From: Candidatus Pacearchaeota archaeon
Lineage (GTDB): Archaea > Nanobdellota > Nanobdellia > Pacearchaeales > GW2011-AR1
Length of the DNA stretch: 64,000 nt
Assembly (NCBI GenBank): GCA_023144035.1
Contig: JAGLGM010000001.1
Span: 135,422 to 199,421 of the forward strand
Direction: 5' to 3'
This document shows, piece after piece, positions 55,541-64,000 of the stretch (position 1 is the stretch's first letter; every line of letters starts with the position of its first letter). The notes beneath the pieces were generated by a model. The model saw nothing but the letters and a program-made list of their open reading frames with translations. It had not been told where the DNA came from and ran no database searches. The translations under genes were made by a program, and so were the position numbers.

Positions 55541-57589
55541 ATGGATGAAGAGATTCAAATATCTGAAGGAGATAATAAAGATAAAAAACCAAAAAAAGAA
55601 GATTTTCTAATAGAGGCAAAAAACTTTTTTGAATTTCATAAGAAAGAATTAGGAGATTCTATTAGAAAAGGAAATAATGTTGTACATCTTGATTTTATTA
55701 AATTAACAGAATTTTCTAATAAATTATCAGATGAAATTCTTGTAGATCCAGAAGAATCTTTACGTTTATTTGAATTAGCTATTGAAGAACTAGGTTTAAT
55801 TAAAGATTCAAGAATAAGATTAATAAATCTCCCAAAAAGTCAAGAAATAAAAGTAAGAAATATTCGATCTAAACATTTAAATGAAATGATTATTGTTGAA
55901 GGAATTATTAGACAAGCTTCTGATGTAAGACCTCAAGTTGTAAATGCTAAATTTGAATGTCCAAGTTGTGGGACAGTTATAGGTGTTTTACAAATAGAAA
56001 AGAAATTTAGAGAACCTTCAAGATGTTCATGTGGAAGAAAAGGAGGATTTAGATTAATAAGTAAAGAAATGGTTGATACTCAAAGATTAGTTATTGAAGA
56101 ATCTCCAGAATCTTTATCAGGAGGAGAACAACCAAAAAGAATAAACGTTTTCTTAAAAGAAGATTTAGTTGAACCTAAAATGGAAGAAAAAACAACTCCT
56201 GGAAGTAGAGTCAAAATTATTGGTGTTTTAAAAGAAGTTCCTGTTCCTTTAGCATCTGGAGGATTATCAACAAGATTTGAATTAGCTATTGAAGTAAATA
56301 ACATAATTCCTTTAGAAGAAACATTTGAAGAATTAGATATAAATGATGAAGATGAAACACAAATATTAGAACTTGCCCAAGACCCAAGAATCTTTGATAA
56401 TCTTGCAAGAAGTATTACACCAAGTGTTTGGGGGTATGAAGAAATAAAAAAATCATTAGTTCTTCAATTATTTGGAGGAGTTAAAAAAGTTCATGGAGAT
56501 GGTCAAACAAGTAGAGGAGATATTCATATTTTATTAATTGGAGACCCAGGAGTTGCAAAATCAGTAACTTTAGGATTTATGGCTAAAATATCTCCAAAAG
56601 GAAGATATGTAGTTGGAAAATCAGCATCTGGTGCAGGATTAACAGCAACAGTAGTTAGAGATGAATATTTAAGAGGTTGGAGTTTAGAAGCTGGTGCAAT
56701 GGTATTATCAAATAAAGGATTAGTATGTATAGATGAATTAGAAAAAATGGATCCTCAAGATAGAAGTGCCATGCATGAAGCAATGGAACAACAAACAGTT
56801 ACAATTAGTAAAGCTAATGTTCAGGCGACACTTCGTGCAGAAACCTCTGTATTAGCAGCTGCAAATCCAAAATTCGGAAGATTTGACCCCTACCAATCAA
56901 TAGCTCAACAAATAGACATTCCTCCTACATTAATTAATAGATTTGATGTTATATTTACTTTAAGAGACATTCCTGATAAAATAAAAGATGAAAGAATTGC
57001 AAATCATGTTTTATTAGAACATAGAAAAGAAGGAGAAGACATGTTAATTCCTAGAGATATTTTTAGAAAATATGTTGCTTATGCTAAACAAAGAATAAAA
57101 CCAGTATTAACTGATGAAGCAGTAGAAGAACTTAAAAATTTCTATGTTGAATTAAGAAATAGACCTGTTTCTTCTGAAAGTGCAATGAGACCAATTCCAA
57201 TTTCTGCTAGACAATTACAAGCTTTAATTCGTATGTCGGAAGCATCTGCAAAAATAAGATTAAGTAAACTAGTTACAAAAGAACATGCAAAAGAAGCAAT
57301 TGAATTAATGAAATATTATTTAATGCAAGTAGGTTATGATTATGAATCTAAAACATTTGACATAGATAAAATTTCAGGTATGACTGCATCAAAAAGAAAC
57401 AAAGTATTGATTGTTAGAGAATCAATAAATACTCTTAAAGAAAGATTAGGAGAATTAATTCCAATAGAAGAAATAGAAAAAGAATTAGAAGAAAAATTAT
57501 CAAAAGATGAAATTGAATATGCAATCAATGAGTTGATAAAAAACAGTGTAATCTATCAACCAAGACAAGGTTATGTTCAGAAATTGTAA
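55541..57589 (+). CDS. mcm: MCM replicative helicase
   Basis: Zn motif CPSCG..CSCG, Walker A GDPGVAKS, Walker B CIDELEKM, arginine finger NRFD, C-terminal wH. Confidence 0.95.
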   Translation: MDEEIQISEGDNKDKKPKKEDFLIEAKNFFEFHKKELGDSIRKGNNVVHLDFIKLTEFSNKLSDEILVDPEESLRLFELAIEELGLIKDSRIRLINLPKSQEIKVRNIRSKHLNEMIIVEGIIRQASDVRPQVVNAKFECPSCGTVIGVLQIEKKFREPSRCSCGRKGGFRLISKEMVDTQRLVIEESPESLSGGEQPKRINVFLKEDLVEPKMEEKTTPGSRVKIIGVLKEVPVPLASGGLSTRFELAIEVNNIIPLEETFEELDINDEDETQILELAQDPRIFDNLARSITPSVWGYEEIKKSLVLQLFGGVKKVHGDGQTSRGDIHILLIGDPGVAKSVTLGFMAKISPKGRYVVGKSASGAGLTATVVRDEYLRGWSLEAGAMVLSNKGLVCIDELEKMDPQDRSAMHEAMEQQTVTISKANVQATLRAETSVLAAANPKFGRFDPYQSIAQQIDIPPTLINRFDVIFTLRDIPDKIKDERIANHVLLEHRKEGEDMLIPRDIFRKYVAYAKQRIKPVLTDEAVEELKNFYVELRNRPVSSESAMRPIPISARQLQALIRMSEASAKIRLSKLVTKEHAKEAIELMKYYLMQVGYDYESKTFDIDKISGMTASKRNKVLIVRESINTLKERLGELIPIEEIEKELEEKLSKDEIEYAINELIKNSVIYQPRQGYVQKL

Positions 57590-57666
57590 AGATTTCTTTT
57601 TATCTCCATTAGAAAATTACCTCTAACAAACACAAGTTTATTAAATCCAATAAATATTTTATTATT

Positions 57667-57927
57667 ATGGCCCTTGAAGGAAGAACTCAAAAAATAATTA
57701 GGCAAATGCAAAATGAAGGTAGAATATTTAGTATTCCAAAAGAAGTTATAGAAAGAATACAACACAAAGTTGCACTTGCATATGCTCCAAAAATAGAAGA
57801 ATTTAGAAAAAAAGAAAAAGCTTCAAGAATATATATTGCAGATATTGAATCTGGAAGAATTAATTTTTACAAACCAGATAATTTTTATCAAAAAGTAAAA
57901 GATTATTTTTCTAATATATTTAAGTAA
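57667..57927 (+). CDS. hypothetical protein (86 aa)
   Basis: ORF only. Confidence 0.35.
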   Translation: MALEGRTQKIIRQMQNEGRIFSIPKEVIERIQHKVALAYAPKIEEFRKKEKASRIYIADIESGRINFYKPDNFYQKVKDYFSNIFK

Positions 57928-57981
57928 AATCTAAACTCACCCCACATAAATATTTAAAAAACCATTTTCTTTTAACAATTC

Positions 57982-58605
57982 ATGGCAGACGAACAATTCA
58001 AAAGAAACATAGCATTCAAATTAAGAATAGGAGATATTTTAATGGGTAAGCCTGTTTTAGATGAAGAAAGATTTTCATTCTTAGAATTAGGAGATAAAAA
58101 AATAGTTAGAGTAAATATTATTGGAAATATAATTGAAAAATTTGATAGTGAAGGAGAAAAAAGATTTTCTGTTTTAACTTTAGATGATGGTTCTGGACAA
58201 ATAAAACTTAGGGTTTTTGCAGATGATGTTGAAAAATTCAAAAACATAACCCAAGGGCAAACAGTTTTAGTAATTGGGTTATTAAGATCTTTTAACAATG
58301 AATTGTATATTAATCCTGAAATTATGAAAGAACAAGATGTAAAATATCTTTTAATAAGAAAATTAGAAACAAATAAAAATAAGATTCAAGCAGAACCAAT
58401 TGCAAAAGACCAAATAATTGCTGTAAAAGATAAAATACTTGGAGCAATAAAAAGTGCAGAAGACGAAGGTGGAATAGAAACAGAAAAAATAATTCTAAAC
58501 TTAAAAGAAATCTCTCCTGTAATAATTAATCAAGAAATACAAAAATTCTTAGAAGAAGGAATTATATTTGAACCAAGACCAGGAAAAGTAAGATATTTAG
58601 GATAA
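57982..58605 (+). CDS. OB-fold plus C-terminal winged-helix protein (RPA32/Stn1-like), tentative
   Basis: OB-like VRVNIIGNIIE..FSVLTLDDGSGQIKLRVF..GQTVLVIGLLRSF; wH-like C-terminus ..FLEEGIIFEPRPGKVRYL. Confidence 0.4.
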   Translation: MADEQFKRNIAFKLRIGDILMGKPVLDEERFSFLELGDKKIVRVNIIGNIIEKFDSEGEKRFSVLTLDDGSGQIKLRVFADDVEKFKNITQGQTVLVIGLLRSFNNELYINPEIMKEQDVKYLLIRKLETNKNKIQAEPIAKDQIIAVKDKILGAIKSAEDEGGIETEKIILNLKEISPVIINQEIQKFLEEGIIFEPRPGKVRYLG

Positions 58606-58635
58606 TCTTAAAAACCCCTTATTCTACTCATAAAT

Positions 58636-59046
58636 ATGACAGATTATGAAAAATTATTAGAAGAAGCACATAAGAAAATAAAGAAAGTAGATAGCAATGG
58701 CGACAGATTTGAAATTCCAAAAATAGAAGGGCATTTTGAAGGGAGAAAAACACTTTTGACTAATTTTTTACAAATCGCTTCACACATTAGAAGAAAACCA
58801 GAACACTTTCAAAAATTTATTTTAAGAGAACTTGCAACTTCAGGAAATATTGAGGGAGACAGACTTATTTTAAACAATAAAATTCCAAGTGCAAAGATAA
58901 ATTTAAAGATAGAAGACTATGTTAAAGAATTTGTATTGTGTAAAGAATGTAAAAAACCAGATACAGAATTAGTTAAAGAAGGTAGATTAACTTTTATTCA
59001 TTGCTTAGCATGTGGAGCAAAACACTCAGTAAGAAGCAAAATATAA
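58636..59046 (+). CDS. eif2b: translation initiation factor 2 subunit beta
   Basis: GRKTLLTNF, RKPEHFQKFILRELATSG, Zn ribbon CKECKKPDT..CLACG. Confidence 0.9.
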   Translation: MTDYEKLLEEAHKKIKKVDSNGDRFEIPKIEGHFEGRKTLLTNFLQIASHIRRKPEHFQKFILRELATSGNIEGDRLILNNKIPSAKINLKIEDYVKEFVLCKECKKPDTELVKEGRLTFIHCLACGAKHSVRSKI

Positions 59047-59116
59047 CTCTTTCTCAGTTCCAGAACCTTTAAAAAATGAAAATCCCTTACAAAAAGAAGT
59101 AAATGGAGGCTAAAAA

Positions 59117-59311
59117 ATGGTAAAAGGATATTGTGTAAAGTGTAAGAAAAAAGGACAAGACATGAAAGATGCTGCAATAAATCAAACTGCGAGAGGGGGA
59201 TTTATGGCTAAAGGAAAGTGCGCTGAATGTGGATGTAATATGTGTGCTATGATGTCTAAAGATAATGCAGAAAAAGCTATGGCAAGTGGCGAAGCTAAAA
59301 AAGCATTTTAG
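59117..59311 (+). CDS. small zinc-binding protein (DUF5679-like)
   Basis: CVKCKKK..CAECGCNMC; a GGAGG Shine-Dalgarno sequence lies 7 nt upstream. Confidence 0.5.
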   Translation: MVKGYCVKCKKKGQDMKDAAINQTARGGFMAKGKCAECGCNMCAMMSKDNAEKAMASGEAKKAF

Positions 59312-59398
59312 TAAAATTTTTTAATTTTTTATTTTATATTTAATAGAATCAACTCAAATTTAAAATGAGTAAAGTAAGGGACTAAGAGGAATCTTAAA

Positions 59399-59695
59399 AT
59401 GATAGTAAAAACAATCAAAACATATAGAGATGTTGTTGCTATTTGTGATTCTAAACTTCTAGGAAAAAAGTTTGAAGAAGGAAAATTTCAATTAGATGTA
59501 AAAGAATCTTTCTTTGGAGGAGATGAAACAAGTGAAGAAAAAACAATAGAAATTATGAGAGAGATGGTAAAAGAAGATGCTACATTTAATATAATTGGAG
59601 AAGAATCAATTAATGCTGCATTAAAAGCAGGAATAATAAAACAAGAAGGAATTGGAAAAATTGCGAATATCCCCTTTGCTTTAATTCTTATTTAA
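59399..59695 (+). CDS. DUF424-like protein
   Basis: VVAICDSKLLGKKFEEGKFQLDV..FFGG. Confidence 0.5.
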   Translation: MIVKTIKTYRDVVAICDSKLLGKKFEEGKFQLDVKESFFGGDETSEEKTIEIMREMVKEDATFNIIGEESINAALKAGIIKQEGIGKIANIPFALILI

Positions 59696-59729
59696 TTAAT
59701 TTTATAAACCCTTTCCCTCTTTTCCTACT

Positions 59730-60059
59730 ATGGCATATTATAAACCAAGAAAAGGTAATGACGAAGAACCAAGAATACAAAGAGCAAGACTTCCAAAAGG
59801 AAAAGAAGCAATTGGAATTATAGAACAAAGATATGGAGGAAATAAAATGAATGTTAGTTGTCTTGATGGTAAAAATAGAAATTGTAGGGTTCCAGGAAGA
59901 TTAAAAAGAAAATTATGGTTAAGACCAAATGATATAGTAATAATTGAACCTTGGGAATTAGATGATTCAAAAGGAGATGTAATATTTAAGTATAATAAAA
60001 ACCAAGTTATTTGGCTAAGAAAAAATAATTATCTAGAAACAGAAAAAACTGAATTTTAA
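59730..60059 (+). CDS. eif1a: translation initiation factor 1A
   Basis: S1-like OB domain: GIIEQRYGGNKMNVSCLDGKNRNCRVPGRLKRKLWLRPNDIVIIEPW. Confidence 0.9.
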   Translation: MAYYKPRKGNDEEPRIQRARLPKGKEAIGIIEQRYGGNKMNVSCLDGKNRNCRVPGRLKRKLWLRPNDIVIIEPWELDDSKGDVIFKYNKNQVIWLRKNNYLETEKTEF

Positions 60060-60060
60060 C

Positions 60061-60561
60061 ATGAAAACAATATTATCTGAAAAAGCCCCAAGAATTCTAA
60101 AGAATAAAAAAAGATTGGAAAAAAAATTAAATATAAAAATTTCAAACAGAGGAAAAGAAATTCAAATAAATGGAAAACCAGAAGAAGAATATACTGCTGA
60201 AAAAGTAATTGATGCTTTGAATTTTGGATTTCCTTTTTCAGTTGCAATTTCTATTAAAGAAGAAGATTTAGAATTTGAAATATTAAATATAAAAGACCAC
60301 ACAACAAGAAAAGATTTAGAAAGAATAAGAGCAAGACTTATTGGAAAAGGAGGAAAAACATTACAAACTTTAAATCAATTAACAAAATGTAACTTTGAAT
60401 TAAAAGATAATCAAATGGGAATAATTGGTTCTCCAGAATATCTTGAAAATGCACAAGAATCAGTAATTTCAATTATTAAAGGTTCAAAACAATCAAATGT
60501 ATATAGTCATTTAGAAAAAAACCAAATAAAACCAGTTATAGATTTAGGTTTAAAAGAATAA
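60061..60561 (+). CDS. KH-domain RNA-binding protein (Dim2/Pno1-like)
   Basis: GKGGKTLQTLNQLT (GxxG loop); conserved position downstream of aIF1A. Confidence 0.7.
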   Translation: MKTILSEKAPRILKNKKRLEKKLNIKISNRGKEIQINGKPEEEYTAEKVIDALNFGFPFSVAISIKEEDLEFEILNIKDHTTRKDLERIRARLIGKGGKTLQTLNQLTKCNFELKDNQMGIIGSPEYLENAQESVISIIKGSKQSNVYSHLEKNQIKPVIDLGLKE

Positions 60562-60562
60562 C

Positions 60563-60570
60563 TTTAAATA
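60563..60570 (+). promoter_or_regulatory. TATA box TTTAAATA at -31..-24 of tRNA-Asn
   Basis: Sequence and spacing identical to the tRNA-Ile promoter. Confidence 0.5.
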
Positions 60571-60593
60571 TTAAAAAATTCTCGCTTCTTTAT

Positions 60594-60688
60594 GTCCGAG
60601 TAGCTCAGTGGTAGAGCGCATGGCTGTTATGTTATGAAGCAAACTCGCAGTTACCATGAAGTCGGAGGTTCAAATCCTCTCTCGGACG
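60594..60688 (+). tRNA. tRNA-Asn (GUU) with a ~23-nt intron at 37/38
   Basis: Hand-folded: acceptor GTCCGAG/CTCGGAC, anticodon stem CATGG/CCATG, loop CTGTTA-intron-A, T arm GGAGG-TTCAAAT-CCTCT, followed by a T5 run. Confidence 0.85.
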
Positions 60689-60691
60689 TTT

Positions 60692-62170
60692 TTATACATT
60701 TCCTCTCTCAGAAGTAATTGCTTGAACTAATTTAACTGCAATTAAATCATGATTAAAATTATCTTTCAAAACTCTTAAGTTATGATTAACCCACTTTCTT
60801 CTTTTATCTTCATCAAAAATTAAATTAACTGTTTCTTGAATTTTTTTGGAATTTAATTGAAATTTATTAAAAGTTATTAATTTAAAATTACATTTAGAAA
60901 TATCTTTTTTAAAAACAGGATAAGCATATACAATTGGAATTAACCCAGAAGCTAAAACTTCCAATAAATTATTTCCAAAACCTTCAATTTCACTAAAATA
61001 AGTAGTTATTGCTTTTAATTTTGCAAAAACTTTGGGATATTCTTCAAAAGTCAACTTTGTTTTATTAGAATAATCTTCTGCAAAAACTAAAAAAATGTTT
61101 TCATGATTATATTTTTCTTGTAATTTTTTATTTAACTGAATCAATTCTTTCCTCTTTTTATCTGGATCTTGACCTGAAATAAAAAAATAAATTGATTTAT
61201 ATCTTCCTCTCTTTCTAAGCTTCTCCAACAATTCATAACAAAACTCAAGTGCAAAATCAATTCTTTTTCTACCTACAACCCTTGTATGTTGTAAACAAAA
61301 TAAAACTTCAGATAATTTTAATTCTTTTTCACCTAATAAATTCTCAACTTTAAAATCTCTCATAAATGTATCTACAGTTTCATTAAATTTATCTGTTTGT
61401 AAATCTCCAAATTTTTCTATAAAAGTATCTGTTGTATTATAAATTATATCATTATTTGTCTCAATTCTCTTATAAAAACCAGGATCTCTCTGATCTAACT
61501 TTTTTAAATATTTTCTAGCTTCTTTAAATTGTAAACTATTAATAAATAAAATATACTCTACAAAAGGTCCAGGAACTCCTTGAAGAAGATAATTCTCAAC
61601 ATCTCTTGCAGGACTTAAAAATTCTTTTCTTTCTAAATGTGAATCATGCCACCATAAAATATATTTTGGGATTTTGTTTCCTTTCAAAATTTCATCTCGA
61701 TAATATCTACTTAAAGCTACAGATGAAATAAAATTAACAGGATGTGAAGAATTATGAGATATTAAAACATCTATTTTATTCCTTTTTATAAATCTTTTAA
61801 TTGTTTCTTTAGCTTTTGTTATTGTTTCCTCTATTTTTTCACTACTTCCCCCACCATAACCTACTTGATAATTTTTACGCATTAAAAGAGTAGTCTCATT
61901 TTTTGTTGACAAAAGTTCACTCTCTGTTATTCTCTTTGATTTTATTTTAGAATTTCCAATTAAATAATTTATATTTCTTATAGGAACTTTTAATTTCTTA
62001 TTTAAAACTTCTTCAATTTGATTCATTACAATTGAAACTCCTTCGGTATCTCCAAATAAAGAATGAATCATACCATATTTTAATTTAGGAATTTCTTCTT
62101 TACTAAATTGTTTTGCTTTAATTTTATCTTTTTTAAGTAACTTTATCATTAAAATTGATAAATCTCCCAA
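60692..62170 (-). CDS. GT-B fold glycosyltransferase (group 1 / GT4-like)
   Basis: C-terminal EGFGNNLLEVLASGLIPIV (E-x7-E-type motif). Confidence 0.5.
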   Translation of the reverse strand: MGDLSILMIKLLKKDKIKAKQFSKEEIPKLKYGMIHSLFGDTEGVSIVMNQIEEVLNKKLKVPIRNINYLIGNSKIKSKRITESELLSTKNETTLLMRKNYQVGYGGGSSEKIEETITKAKETIKRFIKRNKIDVLISHNSSHPVNFISSVALSRYYRDEILKGNKIPKYILWWHDSHLERKEFLSPARDVENYLLQGVPGPFVEYILFINSLQFKEARKYLKKLDQRDPGFYKRIETNNDIIYNTTDTFIEKFGDLQTDKFNETVDTFMRDFKVENLLGEKELKLSEVLFCLQHTRVVGRKRIDFALEFCYELLEKLRKRGRYKSIYFFISGQDPDKKRKELIQLNKKLQEKYNHENIFLVFAEDYSNKTKLTFEEYPKVFAKLKAITTYFSEIEGFGNNLLEVLASGLIPIVYAYPVFKKDISKCNFKLITFNKFQLNSKKIQETVNLIFDEDKRRKWVNHNLRVLKDNFNHDLIAVKLVQAITSERGNV

Positions 62171-62230
62171 TATAAATATCTTTCTAACAAAAAACCTTAA
62201 ATTTATATATCTGTATTTCCAAACTTAATT

Positions 62231-62818
62231 ATGGATCTTGATAAAATAATTAAAAACCGAAGAAGTGTTAGAAAATTTAAAAGTAAAAAACCAGATTGGA
62301 GAGATATTTTAGATTGTATTGATAGTATGAGACATACTCCTATGGCAGGAGGTAATTTTACTTTAAAATTTATATTAGTTGATGATAAAGAAAAAATAGA
62401 AAAACTTTCTGAAGCAGCACAGCAAGATTTTATCTCACAAGCCCAATATGTTTTAGTAGTTTGCTCAAATCCTTCTAGAACAGTAAATGCATATGAAAAA
62501 AGAGGAGAAACCTATTGTAGACATCAAGCAGGAGCAGCAATTCAAACTTTATTATTAAAAATAACAGAGGCAGGATTGGCAACTTGTTGGGTAGGTCACT
62601 TTATAGATGAACAAGTCAAAAGAATATTAAGAATTCCTGAAAATATAAATGTTGAAGCAATGTTTCCTATAGGATATGAACTTAAAAAACCAGTAACAAG
62701 AAAGGTAAAATCAGATTTAGACACTGCTCTTTACTTTAATGAATATAAAAATAAAAAGATGAGAAAAATTAGAAAACTAGAAGGAAAAAGAACTGGAAGA
62801 TTAAAAGATAAAAAATAA
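62231..62818 (+). CDS. nitroreductase-family protein
   Basis: IIKNRRSVRKFKSKKP, QAGAAIQTLLL, ATCWVG. Confidence 0.8.
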   Translation: MDLDKIIKNRRSVRKFKSKKPDWRDILDCIDSMRHTPMAGGNFTLKFILVDDKEKIEKLSEAAQQDFISQAQYVLVVCSNPSRTVNAYEKRGETYCRHQAGAAIQTLLLKITEAGLATCWVGHFIDEQVKRILRIPENINVEAMFPIGYELKKPVTRKVKSDLDTALYFNEYKNKKMRKIRKLEGKRTGRLKDKK

Positions 62819-62829
62819 TTCTAAATTAT

Positions 62830-63294
62830 TTATTTAATAGATTTTTTAATAAGAGGATTTGGTATTGCTGTTTTTGAATTTGTCATTTGAGAAATTGGGC
62901 TTGAATCTTTAGCTGATGTTATAGGATGTTTTATTACTTGTTTCACTGATTTTATTGGTTCTACTGGCTTTATAGGTTTTCCTTTATTTAATTTAGTAGT
63001 ATCAACTTTATTTACAGAAGTTGACTCTGTTAAATCAACATCTAAATCTAATCCCTTAATTATTTTTAAAGATAAATTAATAATCAATGTAAAAATTAAA
63101 GTTATTATAAACATAAAAATTCCAAATGCTATAGGAACTCCAACCAAAATCATCCATATAGGGTAAGTTGCTAAAAATGGAATGGATGAAAGAAAGATAG
63201 TTAATATTATTCCAATTAAAATTCCTACAAAAAATCCAAATAAACCTCTTAAAGAAGCTATTTTAATAACATTAAACTTTTGTATTTTTGCCAT
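62830..63294 (-). CDS. membrane protein (154 aa)
   Basis: Three TM helices followed by a Lys/Pro-rich tail. Confidence 0.4.
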   Translation of the reverse strand: MAKIQKFNVIKIASLRGLFGFFVGILIGIILTIFLSSIPFLATYPIWMILVGVPIAFGIFMFIITLIFTLIINLSLKIIKGLDLDVDLTESTSVNKVDTTKLNKGKPIKPVEPIKSVKQVIKHPITSAKDSSPISQMTNSKTAIPNPLIKKSIK

Positions 63295-63349
63295 TCCTCT
63301 TTTTTCCTTAAATAATTAAATAATTAAGAATATAAAAACTTTACTAAAA

Positions 63350-63393
63350 CTTAAAAACAAACAAAACCCACCTCTCCTTCCCCTAAAGGAGAG
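63350..63393 (-). terminator. hairpin plus T-tract downstream of ftsZ
   Basis: Minus strand: CTCTCCTT-TAGGGG-AAGGAGAG (8-bp stem), followed by GTGGGTTTTGTTTGTTTTT. Confidence 0.4.
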
Positions 63394-63420
63394 ATAAGAA
63401 TTAAAAATAAAAAAACGTTG

Positions 63421-63474
63421 ATCAGGCTTGACCCTAATTAAAGGGAAGCTTCATAAAAGAAACAGTAGGTGTCT
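63421..63474 (+). repeat. 54-bp intergenic element, copy C
   Basis: ATCAGGCTTGACCCTAATTAAAGGGAAGCTTCATAAAAGAAACAGTAGGTGTCT, then TTTATTTACC as at copy B2. Confidence 0.85.
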
Positions 63475-63479
63475 TTTAT

Positions 63480-64000
63480 TTACCGCAAAACTTCAATACC
63501 TAAATCAGAGATTTCTTTTGACACAGGAAGTGATTGTTCTTCAACATTTCTTCCAAGCACATACGGAGACGAAACCCCAGTCATAATAGTTATTACTCTA
63601 ACTTTTCCAGTAAATTCTTTGCTAATTCTAGCTCCAATAATAACTTGTGCTTCTGGATTTAAATTTTCTGAAACTGCTCTTCCTATTACATCAAACTCTT
63701 CTAATTTTAAGTCAGGTCCACAAGTAACATGTATTAAAGCACCGCTCGCACCTTGATAATCCACGTCAAGTAGAGGATGTGTAAGGGCTTGCTTTACTGC
63801 TTCCATGACTTTGTCTTGTGTGTCTGCTTCTCCAATACCAATAACTGAAACACCACCATTTTTCATAATTGACGAAACATCTGCATAATCCAAGTTAATC
63901 AAACTCGGAAGTGTAATTGTTTCAACAATTCCTTTAACCATAGTGCTCACAAGTTCATTTGCAACTGCAAAAGCTTGCTCAATAGGTAATTGTCCTGCAA
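63480..64000 (-). CDS. ftsZ: cell division protein FtsZ (C-terminal part; the gene continues past the window end)
   Basis: GLINLDYADVSSIM, GIGEA, ALTHPLL, GASGALIHVTCGPDL, VITIMTGV, C-terminal peptide DLGIEVLR. The frame stays open to base 64000. Confidence 0.9.
   Translation of the reverse strand, partial: AGQLPIEQAFAVANELVSTMVKGIVETITLPSLINLDYADVSSIMKNGGVSVIGIGEADTQDKVMEAVKQALTHPLLDVDYQGASGALIHVTCGPDLKLEEFDVIGRAVSENLNPEAQVIIGARISKEFTGKVRVITIMTGVSSPYVLGRNVEEQSLPVSKEISDLGIEVLR

Noticed and set aside
57972-58298. Minus-strand 108-aa ORF
   Set aside because: Antisense to the OB-fold gene; the sequence is low complexity.
63469-63756. Plus-strand 95-aa ORF
   Set aside because: Antisense to ftsZ, which has unmistakable motifs. 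It could at most be part of the hypothesised antisense RNA, not a CDS.

Overview
Gene-dense, very AT-rich archaeal chromosomal segment. By inference it comes from a small-genome, DPANN-like archaeon. Archaeal information-processing genes run through the whole window: FEN1, intein-containing PolB, Cdc48, TFS, topoisomerase IA, Nre, RadB, Rpo11, intein-containing aRF1, ValRS, Sec61beta, NAC, MinD, MetRS, L15e, DNA ligase, TBP, MCM, aIF2beta, aIF1A, a KH protein and partial FtsZ. There are three tRNAs: Lys-CUU and Asn-GUU with introns, and Ile-GAU. No rRNA, CRISPR array, transposase or integrase was seen. Features worth a second look: (1) a LAGLIDADG intein inserted flush after the catalytic GGQ of aRF1, plus a second intein in PolB motif C; (2) a signal-peptide protein that reads like an 8-stranded bacterial outer-membrane beta-barrel, sitting between archaeal core genes; (3) a repeat-scarred accessory region next to tRNA-Lys, with tRNA 3'-end copies, a 106-bp duplication of the tfs 3' end, and a PLP-enzyme/O-methyltransferase/TrmB cassette; (4) a 54-bp promoter-like element in four copies, one of which drives tRNA-Lys while two point antisense into gene 3' ends; (5) several toxin-antitoxin-like modules in unusual arrangements, namely MNT-HEPN translationally coupled to DNA ligase and RelE downstream of a membrane AlbA_2 protein with a convergent RHH gene. 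All functional calls come from motif recognition by eye. No database search was run.
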